Shown here in pieces: positions 1 through 5,334 of a stretch of DNA of 62,411 bases (position 1 is the stretch's first letter; every line of letters starts with the position of its first letter). Made by a program: the position numbers and the translations under genes. The stretch spans positions 1 through 62,411 of IMG/VR virus record IMGVR_UViG_3300024239_000003, one strand, 5' to 3'. Under the pieces are notes generated by a model. That model was not told the DNA's origin, did no database searches, and saw nothing but the letters and a program-made list of their open reading frames with translations. The DNA comes from a virus.

Positions 1-127
1 CTGGCATTGGCGGTCAGGTCCTCGGCGAAGGGTACGCAGTTGAAGTCTTTGGCCATGCGGACGATGTGGCGCTCTGCGGCGCGGCGGCCTTCCGCCTTCT
101 CGATGGCGATGATTTCCCTGGCGGCCT
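1..127. repeat. Terminal overlap, copy 1 (identical to 62285..62411)
   Basis: Read directly: the first 127 nt (ctggcattggcggtcagg...ccctggcggcct) are also the last 127 nt of the window. This implies a circular or circularly permuted molecule. Confidence 0.97.
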
Positions 128-149
128 CGATGTGATCGAACTGTTCCAT
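1..149 (-). CDS. Hypothetical early protein, 5' end (same gene as 61903..62411; it wraps the circular junction)
   Basis: ATG at 149 (minus) preceded by GAGAGGTAGCAGC. It reads MEQFDHIEAAREIIAIEKAEGRRAAERHIVR in frame into MAKDFNCVPF, the start the ORF track gives at 62340. Confidence 0.75.
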   Translation of the reverse strand, partial: MEQFDHIEAAREIIAIEKAEGRRAAERHIVRMAKDFNCVPFAEDLTANA

Positions 150-201
150 GCTGCTACCTCTCGGTCGGTTGCTGTCCGGCATTGCTTGCCGTGTTGAGAT
201 C

Positions 202-230
202 ATCTTAGGTTAGCGTTAGAACTAACGCAA
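202..230 (-). promoter_or_regulatory. Candidate sigma70-type early promoter: TTGCGT, 17 nt, TAAGAT (minus strand)
   Basis: In the only AT-rich patch upstream of the minus-strand early operon. -35 is at 225-230 and -10 at 202-207, with an exact 17-nt spacer. Confidence 0.4.
213..228. promoter_or_regulatory. Operator-like palindrome GCGTTAG-AA-CTAACGC
   Basis: Perfect 7-2-7 inverted repeat lying in the spacer of the candidate early promoter. Confidence 0.5.
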
Positions 231-365
231 TCATAAGAAGTAGAAACCCGACGAACGGTAGTATTTAAATTTGCAAATCTGTATCGGGCTGGCAGATACT
301 TCGCTCCACCAGCTCACCTGCTGGACCAGTACAGCCTGGAAAGACGGGCGGACAGCCGGAGAGAC

Positions 366-424
366 GGCCCGATCACCTCCCACGGCTCCTGGCGGAAAAC
401 GGGAGGCTGCATCGGAAAGAGGGC
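366..424 (+). ncRNA. Hairpin module X1 (GGCCCGATCACCTCCC...GGGAGGCTGCATCGGAAAGAGGGC)
   Basis: Helix CCGAT(369-373)/ATCGG(411-415) stacked on CCTCCC(376-381)/GGGAGG(401-406). The flanks are conserved with X2. Confidence 0.4.
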
Positions 425-828
425 GGCCCGTGCAAAAAGCTGAGCAGGGCGCACGAGCAATGCGAACGGCCGGACGCAGTGCGCCATAGCTGTCAGGTTC
501 CCTCTTTCCAATGCAGAACATGGCGAAAGCCGGAAGTCTGAAAGCCAGCCACCCATGAGGTGCTTTCTGCGGTCCCCAATGCTGGATAGGGCCGCCCCCA
601 AGGGTCACGGGGAGAGTGTTGCGGAACGCCGGTCCAACAAGCAGACCTTAAACCCAGGCGTGACGGCTCGGAGAGACGAGCACTGAACAATGCAGCACCC
701 GCCGTTCGGGCATGAGCAGCAGCGCGGGAGCTTCACGAGTGGCACGACACGATCCCGTTGGTCTCATGCGGATGCGGGTGGAAACAGCGCCAGACCATGG
801 CGATACCCTGGCAAGCCGGTGGAAGTCC

Positions 829-884
829 GGCCCGATCACCTCGCCATCCCCTCGGGTAAGCTGGCGAGGCTGCATCGGAGAGGG
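829..884 (+). ncRNA. Hairpin module X2 (GGCCCGATCACCTCGCCA...TGGCGAGGCTGCATCGGAGAGGGC)
   Basis: Same flanks and outer helix as X1 (CCGAT 832-836/ATCGG 874-878). The inner helix is CCTCGCCA/TGGCGAGG, with a C:G to G:C swap relative to X1. It abuts tRNA-like element 1. Confidence 0.4.
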
Positions 885-985
885 CAATGGGTAGCTCAGC
901 GCGGTAGAGCAGCGAGCGCAAGCGGTCATGAACGCGAACGCTCATCCCCCCATGCAGGTCGCGGGTTCGACCCCCGCCTCATTGC
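885..985 (+). ncRNA. tRNA-like element 1 (34-nt anticodon-loop region instead of 7)
   Basis: Acceptor CAATGGG/CTCATTG, U8-A9, D arm GCTC-AGCGCGGTA-GAGC, variable loop AGGTC, T arm GCGGG-TTCGACC-CCCGC. Between GCGAG(912-916) and CATGC(951-955) lie 34 nt that can fold into an extended hairpin with loop GTCATGAA. Confidence 0.55.
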
Positions 986-1003
986 CTTCCCCGATGCAGA
1001 TGT

Positions 1004-1178
1004 ACCCCACTCGTCCAGTTGGTCAGGACACCATGAACCGGAGCGCCGAGGATCGCCGCCGACCTTGCACAGCGGCGGAAGGATGCGGAGCGAAGGGTAG
1101 TGTCAGGATGTTGCGTAAGTGCTGCGCAATTGAATGCCGCGAGCCGTGGAGACCGTGGTTCGATCCCACGGTGGGGCG
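1004..1178 (+). ncRNA. tRNA-like element 2 (109-nt insertion where the anticodon loop should be)
   Basis: Acceptor ACCCCAC/GTGGGGC, D arm GTCC-AGTTGGTCA-GGAC, anticodon stem CCATG(1031-35)/CGTGG(1145-49), T arm CGTGG-TTCGATC-CCACG. Bases 1036-1144 replace the 7-nt loop and contain hairpins plus AAGGATG and CAGGATG. Confidence 0.5.
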
Positions 1179-1383
1179 CCTAATCCCCGTCAACTCACTC
1201 CGGGGGCCGGCTCTGAGGCGAAGGAAGCGCCAAGGAGTAACGACGTGGAATTGCCCGCCATCGGCGCAAGGGCATGCTGGCGGGTAAGCCGCCCTTGAAA
1301 TTCTAGAGGTTGACGCCGGCAATCATGGCCAGAGGTCGAGGGCCGGCGCCTGACTTATCAGTGATCCAGCTCACAATGGGCGA

Positions 1384-1683
1384 TCACTTCGTATCAGACA
1401 GGCGATCCCCCGGCGGGGGCGTGCAGTCAGAGCGCAACGCTATCACATGCGCGACCGCGCCAGCTCTCGACCACACGTAGGCTTTCCACAGCGACACATC
1501 GTACAGTTCCACTCCGGCCAAGCGACAGGCATCTTCAAGAGCGCCACGCCAGCCCACATATCCCAGGTCAACCTCGACCGCGTCGGGAGGAACCTGGGGC
1601 TCCCCCGTGATGCGCTCGGTGTCTTGGAACCGGAAAACCCCGTTCCCCATCTCCACCACGGTGAACTCGATAGCCGTTTGCAC
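1384..1683 (-). CDS. Hypothetical protein (99 aa)
   Basis: Protein-like composition (MQTAIEFTVVEMGNGVFRFQD...). Isolated minus-strand gene between the RNA locus and terS. Confidence 0.7.
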   Translation of the reverse strand: MQTAIEFTVVEMGNGVFRFQDTERITGEPQVPPDAVEVDLGYVGWRGALEDACRLAGVELYDVSLWKAYVWSRAGAVAHVIALRSDCTPPPGDRLSDTK

Positions 1684-1696
1684 TATATCCGCTCCG

Positions 1697-1712
1697 TTTT
1701 TACAATCGAAAC
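1697..1712 (+). promoter_or_regulatory. AATCGAAAC motif site (TTTTTACAATCGAAAC)
   Basis: Member of the recurring motif family. Lies 60 nt upstream of terS. Confidence 0.4.
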
Positions 1713-1772
1713 AGTCACGCCTGAATCACCATCTCAGGCGATTCGTCAATACCGGAGTCGGATCAACGAGTT

Positions 1773-2531
1773 ATGCCCACGAAGCGCGCGCAAGATGCAG
1801 CGGCATCCCCGAAGAAACCCAGGCCCCTGACGCCCAAGCAGCAGGCTTTCGTGGACGAGTATCTCGTTGACATGAATGCAACGCAGGCGGCCATCCGCGC
1901 GAAATACAGCGCCAAGACCGCAGGCCAGATCGGCGAGAAGCTGCTGAAAAAAGCTGAAATCGCCCAGGCCATCGAGGCAGCACGCAAGGAGCTGTCTGCA
2001 CGGACGCAAATCACGCAAGAAATGGTGCTCAAACGCTGGTGGGAGATCGCCACCGCTGACCCGAACGAGCTGATCCAGCATCGCCGCGTCTGCTGCCGGC
2101 ATTGCTATGGCCGGGACCACGCCTACCACTGGAAGGACGAGGCCGAGTACGAGCGCGCTTGCGACAACGCCGCGAAGGATGACCGCGAGCCGCCCAGCGA
2201 CGAGGGCGGATACGGCTTCGACCCGACCCTGCCGCCGCATCCCAGGTGCCCGAAGTGCTTCGGCGAAGGGCACGGCGATGTATTCGTGGCCGACACCCGC
2301 CACCTCGGCCCGTCAGCCCGAGCGCTCTACGCCGGCGTGAAGGTCACGAAGGAAGGCTTGGAGATCAAGATGCAGGACCAGGGCAAGGCCCTGGAGAACG
2401 TCGCGCGCCACCTGGGCATGTTCAACGACAAGCTGACCCTGAAGGGCGACGCGGAGAACCCGATTGCGCTGCTGCTGCAACAGGTCTCCGGCGCCACGCT
2501 GAAGCCATCCGGCCAGGGAGGCGATCAGTGA
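1773..2531 (+). CDS. terS: Terminase small subunit
   Basis: N-terminus PKKPRPLTPKQQAFVDEYLVDMNATQAAIRAKYS is the typical Terminase_2/P27-type small-subunit HTH. Sits upstream of terL. Confidence 0.9.
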   Translation: MPTKRAQDAAASPKKPRPLTPKQQAFVDEYLVDMNATQAAIRAKYSAKTAGQIGEKLLKKAEIAQAIEAARKELSARTQITQEMVLKRWWEIATADPNELIQHRRVCCRHCYGRDHAYHWKDEAEYERACDNAAKDDREPPSDEGGYGFDPTLPPHPRCPKCFGEGHGDVFVADTRHLGPSARALYAGVKVTKEGLEIKMQDQGKALENVARHLGMFNDKLTLKGDAENPIALLLQQVSGATLKPSGQGGDQ

Positions 2532-2722
2532 AGCCAGGGCTGCGCGATCTTTTCGGCGCCCAGGTACAGCGCCGCGCAGGCCAGGGCCGTGCGCTTGCTT
2601 ATCTCGGTCTTCCCCGTCTCCATCGCCCTGTAGGCGTTCTCGGTCATGCCGAGGGCGGCCGCCGCGCGCCGTTTGCTGAGCTTCATGGTGCCGCGCCACG
2701 CGGCCAGTTCTTCGGGCTTCAC
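2525..2722 (-). CDS. Small HTH (XRE-like) DNA-binding protein, antisense between terS and terL
   Basis: 65 aa with GTG start. LSKRRAAAALGMTENAYRAMETGKTEISKRTALACAAL is an HTH pattern. The 3' end overlaps the terS stop by 7 nt. Confidence 0.65.
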   Translation of the reverse strand: MKPEELAAWRGTMKLSKRRAAAALGMTENAYRAMETGKTEISKRTALACAALYLGAEKIAQPWLH

Positions 2723-2956
2723 TCCACCACCACCATAAAATGCGCTATTGGAGCCGGGAATATAGCTCAGTTTCTGCGCTTTCGCGCGTCGCTACGTGAA
2801 ATCTGGCCACCAGCGTGGGGGATTGCCCAGCGCTTTTCGCGTAGGAGCGGGCTGCTGGCCTGCCGCCTGGGCTTTCATCGCCATCAGTTCCGAGAGGAGC
2901 GCGACATCCGCGTCCAGCTCATCACCGGCGGCGAGCCACTGACCATCGGCGAGGAG

Positions 2957-3052
2957 ATGCGCTGGAGCTGCAAGCGATGCGGCGTGACCTTGCTGGTCGC
3001 TCGCTGGTTCAAGTCGGCGCACCACCGGCGAGTGTGGGAGATGCTTCAGTGA
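2957..3052 (+). CDS. Possible small Cys-containing ORF translationally coupled to terL (start uncertain)
   Basis: The frame ending at TGA 3050-3052 overlaps the terL GTG as GTGA and has strong G/C third-position bias from about 2822. The only canonical start is ATG 2957 (MRWSCKRCGVTLLVARWFK...), and its SD abuts the ATG. Confidence 0.3.
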   Translation: MRWSCKRCGVTLLVARWFKSAHHRRVWEMLQ

Positions 3053-4620
3053 GCGCCCGCGTCGGCATCGACCTCGACTTCCGCCCGAACACGCCCGAGG
3101 AGCTGGCGGCCTGCCTCGCTGATCCATGGTGGCGCCTGTGCTCCGGCGCCCTGTACAAGATCATCGTCAAGACCGAGGGCGATGGCGAGGACGGCCTGGT
3201 TCTCCCGTTCCGTCCCAACCGCGCCCAGCGCCGCCTGCTGAAGAACCTGCACACGCGCAATCTGATCCTGAAGGCGCGCCAGCTCGGTTTCACGACGCTG
3301 ATCGCGATTTTCTTCCTCGACTGCGTTCTGTTCCGGGCGAACGTGCGCGCCGGCATCATCGCCCAGGACCGGAGCGCGGTGGAGACGATCTTCCGCGACA
3401 AGGTGAAGTTCGCCTACGACAATCTGCCGGACGCCCTGCGCGAGGCCATGCCGCTCGCCGTCGAGAGCAAGACCGAGCTGCTGTTCGCCCACAACAACAG
3501 CAGCATCCGCGTCGGCACGTCCATGCGCTCCGGCACGATGCACTACCTGCACGTCTCCGAGATGGGGAAGATCGGCGCCAAGTTCCCCGAGAAGGCCAAG
3601 GAGGTCGTCACGGGCTCCATTCCTGCCGTGCCTGATGACGGCATGCTGTTCATCGAGAGCACGGCCGAGGGCCAGGAAGGCGAGTTCTACAACCTCGCCA
3701 TGCGCGCCAAGCGGCTGGCGGACGGCGGCAAGCGCCTGACCAGCAAGGACCTGAAGTTCCACTTCTACCCCTGGTGGGGCGAGATGACGTATCGCTCCGA
3801 CCCGGACCTCGTGGTCATCACCCAGCGCGAGCACGAGTATTTCGACGAGATCGAGGCGAAGACAGGCGCCGTGATCGACATCGAGCAGCGCGCATGGTGG
3901 ATCGACACGCGCGACAGCCTGTTCTCCGGCCAGGACGAGAAGATGTGGCAGGAGTACCCGTCCACCCCGGACGAGGCGTTCAAGAAGTCGCTCGAAGGCT
4001 GCTACTACACCCGCCAGATCGTCGCCGCGCGCAAGGAGCGCCGGATCGGCGTCGTGCCCTACATGCCCGGCTATCCGGTCAATACCTACTGGGACATCGG
4101 CGCCGGCGACGGGACCGCCATCTGGTTCCATCAGCACATCGGCCAGCAGCATCGGTTCATCAAGTTCATGGAGGGCTGGGGCGAGCCGTACTCCTACTTC
4201 GTCGGCCAGATGCAGGCGCTCGGCTGGGTTTGGGGCACGCACTACCTGCCGCACGACGGCGCGCACATCCGCCAGGGCATGGACGCCAACCTGTCGCCGC
4301 GCGAGCAGTTGGAGAAGCTGGGGCTGAAGAACATCGAGATCGTTGACCGCGTGCAGGAGCTACAACACGGCATCCAGGCAGTCCGCGACATCTTCCCGGC
4401 CTGCTGGTTCGACGAAGAAGGCTGCAAGGAGGGCATCGCTCACCTTGAGCTGTACCGCAAGAAGTTCAACACCACGACGCAGACGTTCACCGACCAGCCG
4501 CTCAAGGACATCCACACCGAGGGCGCCGACAGCTTCCGGCAGTTCGCCCAGGGCTACAAGGTCGTCAACGTCCGCGCCGGGCAGCGGCCGAAGCGGAAGG
4601 TCAGCGCGAGGGCTGTTTAG
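3049..4620 (+). CDS. terL: Terminase large subunit
   Basis: The ORF track gives 2977..4620. Coding-type codon bias begins at GTG 3049, preceded by GGGAGA. Large ATPase/nuclease-sized protein between terS and portal (…LILKARQLGFTTL…MLFIESTAEGQEGEFY…). Confidence 0.88.
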   Translation: MSARVGIDLDFRPNTPEELAACLADPWWRLCSGALYKIIVKTEGDGEDGLVLPFRPNRAQRRLLKNLHTRNLILKARQLGFTTLIAIFFLDCVLFRANVRAGIIAQDRSAVETIFRDKVKFAYDNLPDALREAMPLAVESKTELLFAHNNSSIRVGTSMRSGTMHYLHVSEMGKIGAKFPEKAKEVVTGSIPAVPDDGMLFIESTAEGQEGEFYNLAMRAKRLADGGKRLTSKDLKFHFYPWWGEMTYRSDPDLVVITQREHEYFDEIEAKTGAVIDIEQRAWWIDTRDSLFSGQDEKMWQEYPSTPDEAFKKSLEGCYYTRQIVAARKERRIGVVPYMPGYPVNTYWDIGAGDGTAIWFHQHIGQQHRFIKFMEGWGEPYSYFVGQMQALGWVWGTHYLPHDGAHIRQGMDANLSPREQLEKLGLKNIEIVDRVQELQHGIQAVRDIFPACWFDEEGCKEGIAHLELYRKKFNTTTQTFTDQPLKDIHTEGADSFRQFAQGYKVVNVRAGQRPKRKVSARAV

Positions 4621-4631
4621 TGGCCCGAGTG

Positions 4632-4647
4632 TTGCTAAAATCGAAAC
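4632..4647 (+). promoter_or_regulatory. AATCGAAAC motif site (TTGCTAAAATCGAAAC)
   Basis: Intergenic, just after the terL stop. A possible -10 AAAATA follows 17 nt after TTGCTA. Confidence 0.4.
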
Positions 4648-4684
4648 GACCTGCAAAATAGCGGAACAAAACGGGGGTATCGGC

Positions 4685-4912
4685 GTGCAACTGATCGAAG
4701 ACTGGCGGAAGGCGTGGAAGATGGCGAGCGTCCGCATCGCTGTCGTGATCATCATCCTGAACGCCGCCCTGGCGCTCCTCCCGCAGCTCGGCCTGTCGCC
4801 GACCGCCTACGCCATCCTGAACAGCGCCCTCGGCACGCTCGTGGCTATCGCCCGCGTCGTCCGCCAGCCGGGCCTGCACACCGACACCACGACCGAGGAC
4901 CGCCAGCAGTGA
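4685..4912 (+). CDS. Small membrane protein (2 predicted TM helices)
   Basis: GTG 4685 after GGGGGT. VRIAVVIIILNAALALLPQLGLSPTAYAILNSALGTLVAIARVV is hydrophobic. Confidence 0.6.
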   Translation: MQLIEDWRKAWKMASVRIAVVIIILNAALALLPQLGLSPTAYAILNSALGTLVAIARVVRQPGLHTDTTTEDRQQ

Positions 4913-5334
4913 GCACCCGCATCGCCCTGGACCTGACCAAGCACGCATTCCGCCGCCAGCACGGCGACATCACCGTCTACGGCACATGGTTCGGCGAGCA
5001 ACAGCGCCCGGCCCTGGTGCTGGTCCCGAGCTACCGGGAAGGCTTCGAGCGCGTCACCCCTTGCGTCGTCCCCCTGGAGAACGCCTGGAAGTGGAGCGAG
5101 GAGGTCGGCGACCATCAGGACGCGGTACAGACCGCATTCCAGTTCGCCGAGTGCCTGGGCCTCGACGGCTTCAACCGCTTCACCCTCATGCGCATCCTGT
5201 CCATCGTCCGCGACGAGCTGGGCGAGCTGCTGAAAATCCCGCCCAAGCCTACCGAGTCCGTAGTCGTCGCCGATGCCTTCCGCACCGACCAGAACGGCAA
5301 CGTTCGCCACATCGAGATCAAAGAGCATGTTTGA
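4909..5334 (+). CDS. Hypothetical protein (141 aa)
   Basis: GTG 4909 overlaps the upstream stop (GTGA). Normal composition from VSTRIALDLTKHAF onward, whereas the upstream part of ORF 4714..5334 is R/P-rich off-frame text. Confidence 0.7.
   Translation: MSTRIALDLTKHAFRRQHGDITVYGTWFGEQQRPALVLVPSYREGFERVTPCVVPLENAWKWSEEVGDHQDAVQTAFQFAECLGLDGFNRFTLMRILSIVRDELGELLKIPPKPTESVVVADAFRTDQNGNVRHIEIKEHV

Larger units (their letters stand above)
231..1340 (+). ncRNA. ORF-poor, structure-rich locus (candidate large non-coding RNA region)
   Basis: All six-frame ORFs here overlap one another and are Arg/Pro/Ser/Gly-rich nonsense. The region holds two tRNA-shaped elements, a duplicated hairpin module, many GNRA-type hairpins and 29 GGA triplets by eye. 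Confidence 0.45.

Noticed and set aside
1-127. The 127-nt terminal repeat as a biological direct terminal repeat (DTR)
   Set aside because: It falls in the middle of a coding sequence and has no associated packaging features. Its length matches a common assembler k-mer. Circular closure is more parsimonious, though only raw reads can settle it.
371-379. GATCACCTC (the 16S rRNA 3'-end/anti-SD sequence) occurring three times: 371-379, 834-842 and 37043-37051
   Set aside because: Two copies belong to the duplicated hairpin module, and a third 9-mer match in 62 kb on two strands is within chance. It is noted under the module finding but not treated as an independent signal.
421-597. Long-range 9-bp helix GGGCGGCCC(421-429)/GGGCCGCCC(589-597) as proof of a closed RNA domain
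   Set aside because: In about 1 kb of GC-rich sequence, one such complementary 9-mer pair is expected by chance. It is kept only as a hypothesis for folding or covariation tests.
818-830. GGTGGAAGTCCGG, resembling the RNase P RNA CR-I box (GAGGAAAGUCCGG)
   Set aside because: I could not find the partner CR-V/P4 sequence (ACAGAACCCGGCUUA-like) or other RNase P landmarks in the locus.
1036-1144. The insert of tRNA-like element 2 as a tmRNA tag region, a group I intron, or an archaeal-type BHB intron
   Set aside because: The only frame ending at TAA 1116-1118 is 5 codons long (CQDVA) after a TAG, which is unlike a tmRNA tag. A full D arm and anticodon stem are present, unlike tmRNA. At 109 nt (and 27 extra nt in element 1) it is too short for group I introns. 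I could not draw a 3-4-3 bulge-helix-bulge.
2756-2835. GGGAATATAGCTCAGT..., which looks like the 5' acceptor and D-arm of a tRNA
   Set aside because: No complementary D-stem closure, no T arm, and no matching 3' acceptor strand downstream. At most it is a fragment or a coincidence.
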